Shown here: positions 27,283-39,877 of the stretch, piece after piece
How positions within the stretch are numbered: the stretch's first letter is position 1
How the letters are laid out: each line of letters starts with the position of its first letter
Assembly: GCA_000182565.2 (NCBI GenBank)
Contig: KQ257471.1
From: Spizellomyces punctatus DAOM BR117
Lineage: Eukaryota
Direction: 5' to 3' (one strand)
DNA: 64,000 bases
Notes under the pieces: model-generated
Told to the model about the DNA's origin: nothing
What the model saw: only the letters and a program-made list of their open reading frames with translations
Database searches by the model: none
Made by a program: the position numbers and the translations under genes

Positions 27283-27305
27283 TCAATGAGTCATCAAGGA
27301 CGTCA
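27283..27305. repeat. 23-bp direct repeat copy 2
   Basis: TCAATGAGTCATCAAGGACGTCA. Confidence 0.8.
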
Positions 27306-27639
27306 CAGTGGATCGAACCAGGTACATGACACGCTGTGATAATCCGCTGAGCACTTGGGCCAACTATTGCAGCTCATCATCGATTTTGCACGTTTGACAG
27401 ATATTGGCATCGTCTTTATTCCAATAGTAGTGTTATATCCATTCAAACATGCTGCTGTACGCAGCTGGGGTTGGCCTTTCGTGTCGTCCCTTCTGAACTT
27501 TTCTATGGTTGTGAGTGGTTCTCTTAATGGGTTCGAGCGGAGACCGGTTTGATGGGGGGCAGTAAGGAATGGGGCAGAGTCCGACGTATCTGAATTGGGA
27601 GCTTATTTCGTCTAGTTTTGTCAAAGAGCACCAAACAAG

Positions 27640-28428
27640 ATGGCTTCTCGGCATCCCATTAGCAACGTCTCCGTCGGCGGTGACGCCGGGGAGCTGCAGT
27701 CACCAAAGGCTCACTCCTCAGGTGAGGAAAGCACAGGCAAGAGCAGCAGCACCAGGCAGGGCAATAGCAGTGCTCCTGCCGCCCCTATGGGACAATCCTC
27801 CTCTTTTTCAACTGTTACCTCTCCGGCACAGACGACTACATCCGCTGATAGCACTTCTCACTTCCGTAAGAGACCTCGTATAGAGGGCAACCTTGGCTGT
27901 GTTTTCGCGGATTGCGAGCCGGACATGTGGGAATATCGTTTTCAGCGTCCTCGTCCGCCGAAGTCGGAACTGATACGGACCTGGGACGGCCACCCCGAAT
28001 TCCGGAAGCAATTTGAAGACTTGGTCGACCTTGGTATTCAGAGATATCTTCGCCTGGAAGCTCTTGAACCCAACCATCTGGCAAGATTTGCTCTCTGGGC
28101 ATGGGGATTGAATGTGGCATATGCAATGGAAGGACAGGATATGCCTGAGGGGGAATTTTTTGAGGCGCAAACAGCTGCAATTGATTTGGGCAAGAGTTTT
28201 CGAGACGAGACGCGGCTCTGCCAGCGTATTATTTTCAAATATGATTTTGATTTCGACTTCGTTTCAGGCGAGCAGGCACTCATTCGTTATCAAAAACTTG
28301 GACCTGAACGGATGACGCTCACGCCTATACTTTCAAAGTACATGGCAAAGAAGGCAAAGCAAGATGAGAAGGCACGGAAAAAGGTGAAACGAAATGATGA
28401 CAAGGGAGAATGTAAGGGCCAGTTATGA
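27640..28428 (+). CDS. Intronless orphan protein (262 aa): Ser-rich N-terminus, RKRPR NLS-like motif, basic tail
   Basis: Long ORF with plausible composition; a diverged paralogous fragment nearby supports coding status. Confidence 0.6.
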   Translation: MASRHPISNVSVGGDAGELQSPKAHSSGEESTGKSSSTRQGNSSAPAAPMGQSSSFSTVTSPAQTTTSADSTSHFRKRPRIEGNLGCVFADCEPDMWEYRFQRPRPPKSELIRTWDGHPEFRKQFEDLVDLGIQRYLRLEALEPNHLARFALWAWGLNVAYAMEGQDMPEGEFFEAQTAAIDLGKSFRDETRLCQRIIFKYDFDFDFVSGEQALIRYQKLGPERMTLTPILSKYMAKKAKQDEKARKKVKRNDDKGECKGQL

Positions 28429-28702
28429 GGAGCTGAGGCGGTCAATAATGTTACCCGCAGGTCCTCTGCCTGTGGAAGTGACCCTCATCCTTCCCCGCCT
28501 TTCTTTTAAAATTTGCTTTTCAATGTACCTGCAGCAAGTGTCCAGTTGAACATCCCCATTTGAGGGTAGAGCTCAGATGTGTACTAGGGGGGATAAGGGC
28601 GCCGTTTGCCTGTAGTTGTGAGGTCGTGAATAGGTTAGCTAATTACTAGGGTAATCCCAGCGTGTTGGGTGTGGGAGATATGTATTGTAGTAAGATCGCC
28701 CA

Positions 28703-29545
28703 CTAATCCCAATCATCATCATCCTCGTCCTCCTTGCTGGCCCGGTTCACTCGAAATCCAGATCGCCTCTGATCCGATTCTTCATCGTCATCTCCGTCAC
28801 CCCGCCGTGTGGTAAGGACGGTATCGTGAATAGCGCCAATTGACTTGAGCAGCTTCTCCACATGGTCTACGGTCGTGCCCATCCCACCAAGCTGCTCGAT
28901 CCCAACCAGATTGCGCTTCAGATCCCCCTCGCCGTATATCAATAATGTCGGCACGTTGCGATCTGGGTAGTTTGGTATACATTGGTCCGCAACGATTTTT
29001 AGGAATTTTGTTGAGCGATACCGAGCAGCGATGCGCTCGAGGATGCCGTTGATGAGTTTACAGGCTTGGATATGATTCTGAAACAGATGCAAGACAACCC
29101 ATGTGTCTTTGCTTGCCTCCGTCACTTCCACTGTATAATCTGGCTTCGAGATTTGGGTGACAGTGCCATACTTCTCCAACCTTGCAGCAGCGTTCATTTC
29201 AGCGATGCGCTGACGACGATACGCCCTAACGTTGGAGTGGAAAGTCAGGTAACCGGAATCCTGTGTAGACGTTTACACGTACTCTAAGACCCGGTCGTCT
29301 TCTTCGTCCTCAAGCTCGTCGAGTTCGTCCAAATTGCGGTCTTCCAAGGCTTTCTCGCCATACTTCTCTGATATCACTTGGTCAAGCATTTCGTTTATTT
29401 GGTCTTCTGTGACCTCAGGTTCCGCGGGGAGGATTCCCTGCGCTCGCAACGCAGCATTCCATTCTTGACACAAGTAACAGTGCCAGCTTCAGTACAGATT
29501 CCGTTTATTTGATGAAAATAGTCATCTACCTGTGTCTTCGGCCAT
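28703..29545 (-). CDS. PLP2: Phosducin-like protein (Plp2/PDCL3)
   Basis: EDT|EWNAALRAQGILP, LDELDELEDEED, ISKPDYTVEVTEAS, WVVLHLF, CIPNYPDRNVPTLLIY. Confidence 0.93.
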
Positions 29546-29655
29546 TGCGTCTGTACGTTGGTGAAAGGAAGGTTAGTTAAGGACTGAGCGAGCAGGAACG
29601 CGGCTGGACAAGACTCGTGTCCGACCGCGTCCCGGAGATCATTCTCACACTTCAA

Positions 29656-32232
29656 ATGGGAATCCAAGGACTTCTGCCTTTCCTCAAAGACATACACCGT
29701 CATGTTCACATAAGTACATATCGAGGGCAAACTGTAGCTGTAGACACATACGTATGGCTTCACCGAGGCGCATTTGCTTGCGCATTAGAGCTGGCCACTG
29801 GGCGTCCCACTCGCAAGTACGTGTCCTCATATTTCTGTCCGTTCAAGTGTTCTTATCTGACAATGGATTCGGCGCAGATATGTAGATTATTGTATGAGAC
29901 AAGTGCAGTTTCTGCTAAATCACAATGTCCGACCAATCATGGTTTTCGACGGGGGTAATGTCAGAAATGCTCATATGGCTTTTGGGGAGCCACCGACTTA
30001 TTTATTGGACTGAAAGGTTGCCTTCCCATGAAAGCTGAAACTGAGAAGCAACGACGAAAGTAAGTGCTATTTTGGTTTATGAGCCTTCATTAGTGGAGCT
30101 ACAAAACTTGCTTTCCATTAGACGACGAGAAGATAATATGAAGAAAGGACATCAGTTTCTACGGACTGGCCAAATGATGAAGGCAACAGACTGTTTCCGG
30201 CAATGTGTGGACGTTACACCGCGGATGGCATATGAAGTCATCAAGGTACGGAGCGGCATCTCCGCCAAGAGTAGGGAGTCCGGTCTTGCTAATTCATCAG
30301 AGAAGGAGCTTCAAAGGGCAAATGTCGAGTACATCGTGGCCCCATACGAGGCGGATGCTCAGATAACTTTTCTGTTAAACTCTGGGCTAGCCAGCGCCGC
30401 CATTACGGAAGATTCAGATCTCCTCGTTTTTGGGTGCTCTAAGGTAGTTCCTGTTGATGTAGTTTCTCATGAGCGAATGAGGACCAAACCACAGTGCCAA
30501 ACCCTCAGGTGTTGCTAAAGCTCGATCGAGAAGGAAATGCAGTCGAGATAAGCATTGACGACTTTGGACACATAGATGGAATGGAGACTTGGACACATCG
30601 TCGATTTCGCCAAATGTGCATCTTATCTGGATGCGACTATCTAGAGTCGCCTCAAGGCGTGGGGATAAAAAAAGCTCACGGGCTATTGAAGTACAAAGAC
30701 GCAGAGGAAGTGAGTGTGCATGGGTATTTGCAGAACATTCGGAATTGCTGACTGATACCCACGTTGCAGCTCATTAAGGGCTGGAGATGGGGGCGAGCTG
30801 TCAATGCACCAAAATGCCCCGGTGACTATCTGGAGCGCTTCCGTCTTGCCGAATTGACTTTTTTGCACCAACGAGTTTACGATCCTCGGAGTGGCACTAT
30901 CATCCATTTGAATCCTCTACCTAGCAATTTACAGCTCGATACCCAACTGATTCGATTTCTTGGGCCGTAAGTGCCATGCTAGTGAATATTGGAAAGTAGA
31001 TCGCTTCATAATGAAAACTCGTATGTTGTTTGTAGTGACCTCTCACCTGACATAGCCAAAGGAATTGCAACCGGGATTCTTGATCCCGACACAAAGTTGC
31101 CGTTCGAAGGCGACGCGGGGCTACCACTTGACGCAAATGCCACCAGTGCAGGGCCTTCTCTCCCACCACCTAGTAACTCAATGGACACAACTGTTGCAGA
31201 ACCAGCAAATACCAAGGAGAACCTCTCACCCATGAACTTCCAGGGAACGCACTTCAAAGGTCCACCCTCTGAGCCGGATAAGCCAAGTATATGTGCTGAT
31301 TCAACCCCCATATTTCAACACTCTCCACATTCCAAAATACTGAACCTCAAACCTCGCAATGTATCTCTACCCGATGAGAAAAGTGTCAGCCGGACTGGAA
31401 GCATTTCTCCCTTTTTCCAAAGCCTGTCCAGCCTTGGCAAACAGGCTGCTAAACGTGAGCTGTTAACACCTCGCAAAGTGGAGGACATGGACGAAACAGG
31501 ATCCTCTGCGAAAGCTGAAATTCCCGCGTTGATGGCATCACAGGATGACAGTCAAGATGCTTCAAGTCAGACTGCGAACGATGGGTCCCTAGTCAAAAGA
31601 AGTTGGAATGATCAACCGCTTTCGATATCATCCCAACCTCTGCAGACAAGTGCAAGCGGAACTATATCCCTTGGAATCACTTCGACCAGAGTTGAGAAAA
31701 GTGTCAAACGACGGAAGTCAGATACGGAGACCGATGGCACCCTCATCGCTTCGTATAGTTCCGCACAAGAATTCACCTCTACGGTAGAGAAGGTGTCGTC
31801 ATCCACACTAAGCGCTTCAACGACAATACCTCCAGCTGCACATGCACAACCTGGCATAGGACATCGTTCCATAATACGCACCCATATATTCCGTAAGGGC
31901 GTTGTAGCTCAAGGAATCGGTGCACGATGTTCTATTACACCCGCATCTCACACGGTAATGCAAGCCTGGAAACGCACCGTGCGACTGGCCGTGTCTTACT
32001 AAAATGCTTGTTGCAGAAATTTCGGCAGCATGTACTGCAGTTCTCACATGTGGGAAGCAGTACTTCCTTGAAAGGTGATGATAGTCATTTAGAGACTTGT
32101 TCAGAACAGAGCGCATTAACGTGGTTACTACCCAGCTACCAAAAAACGATTAGGCGTTGGGAAAATAAAGGAGAAGAGATAGACAGCGGAACGTTTCTGA
32201 TGCTATATATCGGCCTGACACGATCGGAATAG
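29656..32232 (+). CDS. EXO1: Exonuclease 1 (XPG/FEN1 family); 3' end uncertain
   Basis: [73 protein letters not shown]. Confidence 0.93.
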
Positions 32233-32404
32233 TTCTGCTCATTTATTCCCATTGATAGAGTATTTGTAAAATAGTGCCTGCAAAAGGATCAACTGACGCC
32301 ATGCCGCGTATGGATCAGCGTGTAAATATACAAGATAGATCCATCAGCAAAGCTCTTCTCCGCAAGCTCGGGCTTCACATGACGTGTTTGTCTTTACGAG
32401 ATTT

Positions 32405-33632
32405 TCACTCAGCGAAATGGGAAGATGCTTCGTCGGTATCGCCAACCTTCCTTTGGTCTACAGACGGACCAGGCTCCACGGTCGTCCCACTCTCAATCAA
32501 AGTCTACACAAAGAGGGACCATAAAAACAAAACCGCGATTCGCTAACTCTTACTAAGTTACTTACGTCTTCTTTTTCGGTAAGCTCGGACGCGTGAGGTT
32601 CAGGGGTGGGCTCCCGCAGGGGTCGGTCAGGTCTACGACTGCTGAACTTGTCATGGCGCCATGCATCTGGAGATGATGTCCGAGGCTTCAACGCCCATGA
32701 TGGTCGCTGTAGATCAGGTGTACCATAAGATGGACGAGGGTTAGGGTTGGGAAAGGGACCGGGTCGACTCCTATCATCTGCACGGCGATCTACTGGCCGA
32801 TCGCGCAGACCCGGCCGCGGGATGAACCTGTCTGACTGACGACGACGCTGCTCTTTTCGTTAGCCAGATATCAAAGGAGAATCATTCAAACCGCCAACGA
32901 ACCTGCTTAAATTTACAGAAAAAGGCAATGAAAGAGCTCAAGATTAATTCAAGTCACTTCACTCAAGTCCGTTGCCGCAGTGGAAGCGACAATGGGAGCC
33001 ATTGTCCAGTTTCCCCAGGCATTGCGGCCCTCGCACCCATCTCATACATCGCTTGCATGAATCACGTATTTACCTACATCATAGGGATTTAAAAAGAGCC
33101 ATGGAAAGAGATTGAGAACATGGCATATTAGATACTACCTCATAAGAATCCAGTCTTCCGCTCCTGCTGTTGGTAGTCCTTCCGCTATCGTAGTCCCTTG
33201 TCTCACGGTGATCATAGTTACCCCGTCTATCCTCTCTGCCAGAATCTTGGTATGCTCTGTCTCGACCGTATCGAACACTTTGTCGCGAGTCGTTCAACTG
33301 TCCTCTGTCCCCCCTCTCGTTCTTATAGGCAGGCGTGTGGTACTGTCGAGAGTCTCTCGCCGTGTCGTACTTCTGAGAGTCGCGACGCTCTCTGCCATAT
33401 TCATCCCGAGCAACAGGTTTTCCATAGCTATCACTCCTTCCAGAATTTTTGGGAGAGCGGCTGCGTGTTCTGTAAGATCTGCTGTCGTCCGAGGCTCTGC
33501 GGAAACGACAGCCAGTGACGGTAGATCAGATGATCTAATTTGCCACAAGCTGAAAACAATCGCGGCAACCCTGCCGTTAGACGTATCCAACGTACCTGTC
33601 TCTTCTGCTATCGTTATAGTTTCCACGAAGCA
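32405..33632 (-). CDS. Arg/Asp/Ser-rich low-complexity protein with WRHDKF motif
   Basis: Spliced exons MLRGNYNDSRRDR|..RTRSRSP.. and ..SSPDAWRHDKFSSRR..; canonical splice sites; middle exon structure uncertain. Confidence 0.55.
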
Positions 33633-33780
33633 TATTTGTTTCCACTTGCGTTGGATGAGGGCGGCAAAAGGAGGTTCACAGAAGAGAAGCGCACAACGCT
33701 ACTGAATGTGCTCACGTGACGAGAGGTGCTCAATGCTTCAAGTCGCCGCAGATCGCAGCAGAGGGAGGATCAAAGCGAAC

Positions 33781-34547
33781 ATGCCACCACAACCATCAAC
33801 ACGGACGCCTTACACAGACTACTTTGCCTATGTGTATGCAGGGATTGTCTTCATTGGGGGGATAATTGGGTTTATCAAAGCAGGTTGACAACACCAGTCC
33901 CTTCATCCTCAAAGTTCGCTACAGTCGTCTTACCTACACGCCTGTACCCAGGTAGCTTGACGTCTATTGGTATCGGAACAGTGACAGGCACATTACTGGG
34001 AATAGGTGCACGACAAGTCAGCGCAAACCCAAGGCACTTTTCGCTGTTGTTGAGTAAGTTTGGTTTGCTTTTATCTCTTTGTACGTGTAGGATTAGGAAC
34101 TGATGTGCTCGTCTTTTGCGTTTGCCTTCTAGTCTTGAGTGGGGCCCTTATGGTGGTGATGGGGACACGGTACTCTCAGTCAGGTATGTACTATCAGTCC
34201 CTTCCGCGTCATCGTGTTGGGATGGATATGGCCTCGACAAAAACGGCCTGTGTTGGCCTGCTGGTGCTGTTCGGCATAATGCTTCGCGAAGTTTGCCTTA
34301 CACCACTAGCCGGCCAGCCGCTATGTTTTTCGCCTATACCATTCAATGCGTGTAATTAACAGCGCACACCGCTAATCAATCTCTCCCGTTCGTTGTAGGC
34401 AAAGTGATGCCCGCTGGCCTCATTACTCTCATCAGGTACTAACTCCGTAGGTGTGTTCACGCTCACCGTGATTTCTGATGTTTATTGTTCTCGGTCGTTA
34501 GTGCCATTTCCTTTCTGCGGTACGGAATCCGCCTGGCGTCAAATTGA
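33781..34547 (+). CDS. TMEM14: TMEM14 family membrane protein
   Basis: DYFAYVYAGIVFIGGIIGFIKAG|SLTS..; MGTRYSQSG|KVMPAGL. Confidence 0.9.
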
Positions 34548-34822
34548 TATATAATCTTGTAATGGAGGTTGCTGTCGAGCTATGCTCGACTGAGTGGATC
34601 AATGGTCATTGTACATCTGTATTCTGTCATCTATCTATCTGCATAATAAATGCTGTCCGCGAAGCGAGGTGACTAATAATAGGAATTGGAGGTTTTCCTC
34701 CCCGTCACTGCAGTTTCTGGGATGCTTCCAATAAGAACACCTGCCAGACGCGTCCTCATCGCTGACATGCCAGCTGACTTTCACCAAGCGCGTTCTTTCT
34801 GGGTTTGACCTCCAGTCACACA

Positions 34823-36233
34823 ATGTACTGGCCATTTGGCTCAAAACAACAGCAGAATGAGACGGTTACCTCTCCAAATGAAGAGCAAGTTCAAGCAGCA
34901 CATACAGAAGGTGTTCCAGCATTGTCAGCTATGGAACCCTCAGCACCGAATTCTGAACTAACACTACACACCACAACGCCTGGCTTGCCTCCTCCCCGTC
35001 TCGAATCGCTCAGCTCACCTTCGGATCAGGTGTACCCCACGTCATTCTCTGGTTTCTTTTGGGAAATGCTCGGCCTTTCCTCTCCAAACGTTGGAGAGGG
35101 TCCGTACTCCTATGCGACTTCGTCAAATCGTGAACTCTCCCAAGCGTTTAACGAATATGAAGGGTTGGACGACGAAGAGCCCACAGTCACGTTGCCGGAC
35201 GTCCTGGCTGAAGCTGCACCGATACCCCCATCTGTTACTAATATGCCTGCATCTGCCAGCACCATGGTTCTATCACAGTCTGCACCTGATCAATCAAGCG
35301 TGAAAGCGCCAGTATCCGGGATGCGATTATCCCTTGACTCATTATTCAGACGGCGGAGTTCCTTGATCAGTCCTGCACCACTGGGAGATGAAGGAAGTAA
35401 GGTCACGGAGGACCCCCCGTCGCCGATATCACCTTTCGAGGAAATTTCTCGTCCTCCTATTGCTCTCATAGGGCGCAAAGATGACATTCAGACCGTTTTG
35501 GACCACAATATGGCTGAACAGGTGGGTCTAGACATGCTGTGCATCTCGGAAATGGAGCTACGTTTCTGCATGTTTATTCTCGCCATTATAAGTAAATAAT
35601 TTGATGGTATATTGTTTTGATGAAAATGCAGCTTCGTCTACATCTACCGCCAATACTACGAGAAGCACCCAGTTGGATATTGGTGTATAGCATGGAACAA
35701 CACGGAATCAGTCTAAATACGTTGTATAAGCGTAGTGAAGGTCAGGACGCGGCATTGTTGGCGATTCGAGATGGCTCGGGGGGGATCTTTGGCGCATTCG
35801 GGAGCGAAGCTTTGAATGTGCATGCAGGTTACTATGGTACTGGAGCATGGTCAGTATGCATTGCTTTTATTTTGAACATTAGCACAATCATCCAATGTTC
35901 GATCACGCTCCACCTAGCTTCCTGTGGAAATTGCTCGATGGTGGAGACATTAAGGTGTTCCCGGCCACTGGGCATAATGATTACTTAATGCTGAGTGAGC
36001 CTCACTTCATTGCATTTGGTGGAGGGTGAGTGCTTCGTATATCTGGCACAGGGTCATATACTCGAGATTGATTTCCAAATTCAATGTTCAGGGAAGGTCA
36101 CTTTGGCCTATGGATCGATGACGAACTCTACAATGGCCATAGTGGACCCTGCCAGACTTTTGATAACGAGAAGCTGTCGACCACATCAGAATTCGAGATC
36201 GTCGGTCTGGAGGTGTGGACTTTCAAAATGTGA
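34823..36233 (+). CDS. OXR1: Oxidation resistance protein 1-like, TLDc domain
   Basis: WILVYSMEQHGISLNTLY, IFGAF, YYGTG, FIAFGG, FGLWIDDEL, CQTFDNEKL, FEIVGLEVW. Confidence 0.9.
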
Positions 36234-37278
36234 TAGATTGCGAGGCGGGCACATGGCATCCGGTCAATATTCCAGAACAGTTTGCTAGGATGGTGAATTC
36301 CTCCTAGCTCATTATCTATATATATATATTTTTGCTCCCTTGAGGGATTGTAAATACGCATATTTCTAAGCATAGCATCCTTCACGTTGGGGTTTTCTTC
36401 GGCCTGCTCGTCTTTTCTACAATCTTCATTTGGCGCAGTCAGTGCAGGACAAATCCTCTTTACTGGTCGACATATTTCTTAGCATAATCGATACTGCTTG
36501 AATCGATAACTGATCCTGCTAACGTTCCCGTAAGTATGCTAGTATGGTGCAAAAGTTAACATTATGAGCAACTTCAGTTGAGCGACAGCAGCTGGCATTA
36601 TCATGACTGCTAATCCTTGCGCCCATATGATAGAACAGCAGTTACAACTTGGTTTGCAATTCGACGTCCAAACCAGGTCTCACGGACCTCCCACGCAACT
36701 ACGTGGCAGCAGCTACACTCCTGTCTCAGACGAACTGCATTTGTAATATTCTACTGTTATTTTGTGTTTCTTTTACAGTGGCCAAACAACTTGAGTCTAT
36801 ACTTCCTTCCCACTCCTCTCTCTTCTCTTCAGCGGCCTCTGTGTTAAACAAGAAACCAGCGAGTGTGCACTCATGCCTGTGGCACCAATGGCCACATCCT
36901 CATGATATCGACAAAAACCCTTCCGTTTGTCAAAGAAGCTTTGAATATATTGCCCCGGAGGTTGGGATATCCATCTGCTGGGGGTTTCCCATGTTGCCGC
37001 TCCCTCACACGAATGGATCCTCACCCGAAGTCGCTCCTCTACTGTCCTAGAAACGACCACCATTTTACCAGTATGTTCTTGGCTTTTGTGGAGGTCCCCC
37101 AAATGTTATCCGTAGGTATCACTGGCCTTTAGGCAGAAGGCCTCCAAGCACGTCCGGGGATAAGCGCAACTTGAGACAATCCGATGAAAGCAAAGTAATT
37201 AGCACTGGGATATGCAGATCTCGGGCATCGCAGTGAAACACAGCGACTCGCATCGGCTCGTTTCAACAAGCCGCCATT

Positions 37279-37922
37279 CTATTTTCGTCGCTTCAAGCTT
37301 TCTTCTGACAAAGCAGTTCGTTGGGTAGACAAGGTTAGCATACAATAAACCACGGTCTTGAGATGCAATAACTACCGAGGCGTTTCGTGTAATCATCGAG
37401 TTCCGAAACAACTTGTTCAATGCTTGCAACCTGACGCTCCACATCAAATATTTGATCTATGTATGTTTCCATTTCCGCGTCTATGATAGAGCTTAGATCT
37501 CACAAGCTGTTCAATAACGGGTGATTGGCGGGGGCCTTACAAGTGTGTTGAACTTTGCCCATGCCAGCTATAAGCTCTTGTGCTGTTGCGTTATACTCTG
37601 CGTAACGGTCGCGTGCCAGAGCAGTCATCGACTGGAGAACGGTCAAATCGTCTCCTGCGGCTTTTAGAGAGTTGTGAAAGCTGAGAAGCGATTTCAAATA
37701 AAGCTACAAGGATACGGAGCCCATACCAGTAACGTCGTTGCGGATAGCCTCTGCCACTTTGACAAGCGTATCCTCAGCAACCGCTTCGGCAATGCCTAAC
37801 AGACGTGATTGGTCAGGAGGCAGAGAGACGCTGCGTGGAGGGAAAGAAGGGCTAGTGGAGCCCATTGATGCTTGTCGAGGTGGCAGAGGTGGTGCTTCGC
37901 TGGATGCTCCAGATGATTGCAT
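37279..37922 (-). CDS. BLOC1S2: BLOC-1 subunit 2 (BLOS2)
   Basis: DDLTVLQSMTALARDRYAEY and YIDQIFDVERQVASIEQVVSELDDYTKRLEESLK fit the BLOS2 coiled-coil pattern. Confidence 0.75.
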
Positions 37923-38282
37923 GGTTTGCAGTCTCCTGGGATTAGGGCGTGGCTGCCCATTCACGTGGATTTAACCATGTTAATGATCTGGTTCGATCCT
38001 TGGCTTGGATAATTCCATACATTAAAAGATAGTCGGATAACCCTAATTACCTTGCGAGATCTTGCACATCTTGCATAAATTGCGTTATATCTAGGATGCA
38101 TAACGATCGGGGCAGCCGCTCTTGAAAGTCGAGCAAACCTCGCCCGTGAATTATAGCGTGAAATTAATTTGATGTGGGTATTTTAAATTAATTTTTTTTG
38201 GTTTGATTGCAGCAGGTTGCAGAGGCAGTTGGAATCAAAACACTCATTCCTCTTTTTTGACGTTTGGGAAGGATCGTCGGTC

Positions 38283-39783
38283 ATGGCGCGAAATTGGGGC
38301 CTGCGGGCAGGCTATTGGCTGTTGCTCGTGGCTCTCTTGATTCCACAAGCCTGGGCTTGGGAGCAGCGCGATTACGAGATTTTTGATTTGGTATAGTACT
38401 GACATATACGGCGGTAGTTTCATTTCGGCCAACTAATCTTGTCGGCCCTGCAGAACGACGATCTTCTGTCGGTGAGTGGCCCTGGGACAGACTTCTACTC
38501 GGTGCTCAACGTCAGGTGAATTGGTACCTTAAAAATTATACTTTGCTCCGTGGCTCATGGTTATATCAGTCGGACCGCAACTACAAGTGAAATACAACGA
38601 GCGTATCGAAAGGCATCCCTATCCTTGCACCCTGATAAGAACCCTGATCCAGCAGCGCATGAACTCTATTCCCTTTTAACCTCAGTGGCTGCTATATTGA
38701 GGGATCAAGAGTTTCGGGAACGATATGATGGACACCTTCAGCGCGGCATTCCAAGATGGCGAGGTCAGTAGAGCGCAAGCACCTCGTGTTTATGTCGATA
38801 TGGAAGATATCTTCTACTAATTCTATGATTCTTATATCTTCTTAATGTGCAGGAACCGGGTACTACTACAGTCACTACAAACCAAGTCTCGTCACGATCT
38901 CTTTGTTGATCATATTGTCGACAAGCTTTGTTCAATATGTGTCCGCCTGGCTCATCTACGTCCGACGCAAATCGCACTTGCTTGAAGTGGAGAACAGCAT
39001 CAACAATCTCACTTACACCCAAGTTAAAAAGCAGCTTAAAAAACGGGGGAAGCTGGACTCGCCCAATATATCACGCCGTGCTTTCAAAAACGCCACCCCT
39101 CTTCAGCTACTCCAGGAATCCGGCGAGATCCCTAGCGAATTAACTGTTTCACGGCCTTCACTGAAAGACGTCCTCATTGTGCAATTGCCTGTGGGCTTGA
39201 TGCGCGGATTGTTCAATGCACCTCGCATTTTGCAACGGGTAGGAGCCTTCTTCAAGGAAGCGGCCGACGATAAAACATTAAGAGAAACTGAGAGATCGGA
39301 AGACACAACTGAGAGCGAAACTAGCGAACGGGATGACCTCAATCGTGAAGAACGGCGAAGCAGAGGAAAGAGAAAGAGGGTTCCCGCGAGATTTACGGTC
39401 GACAATCCACAGACTGAATCAATCGGAGCGCCGATCGACAACCCATTCGGAAATTCTGAAGCAATTAAACAAGCATCTGATGAGAATCACGGCGTAGCAC
39501 AAGAAGGCGACCAAACTTCCGAAGTAGGAGAAATACCACTCAAGGAAGGGGAATGGGAGCTGCAAGAAATAAAAACTCTGGTTGCATTGGTCAAAAAGTA
39601 CCCAGCAGGTACGTTCAAATTGGCAATTAAAGCAAAAAGACTTGCGCCGTGAAATCGACATGATGTCTTATAGGCAGCCGTGGACGATGGGTGCTAATTG
39701 CAAGGGAACTGAATCGCGACGTAGATGATGTATCTAGCAAGGCTCGCGCCATTGCGACCAATCCTACTTTGAAATTGCAATGA
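38283..39783 (+). CDS. ER J-domain membrane protein, ERdj1/DNAJC1-Erj5-like, with C-terminal SANT/Myb domain
   Basis: Signal peptide, WEQRDYEIFDL, DFYSVL, HPDKNPD, RERYD..GIPRWRG, TM segment, EWELQEIKTLVALVKKYPAG..RWVLIAREL. Confidence 0.85.
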
Positions 39784-39877
39784 CCAGGTGTATTTATGAC
39801 AGATAACCATCGGAAGTATATGGAGCAGCTCTAGTACATAGAAATAGAAACCGTATGCAACAAGCCTTGGACGATTA

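Noticed and set aside
36340-37100. Possible small spliced gene on the minus strand between OXR1 and BLOC1S2
   Set aside because: Splice-like signals are present, but I could not assemble a consistent frame or recognise a product.
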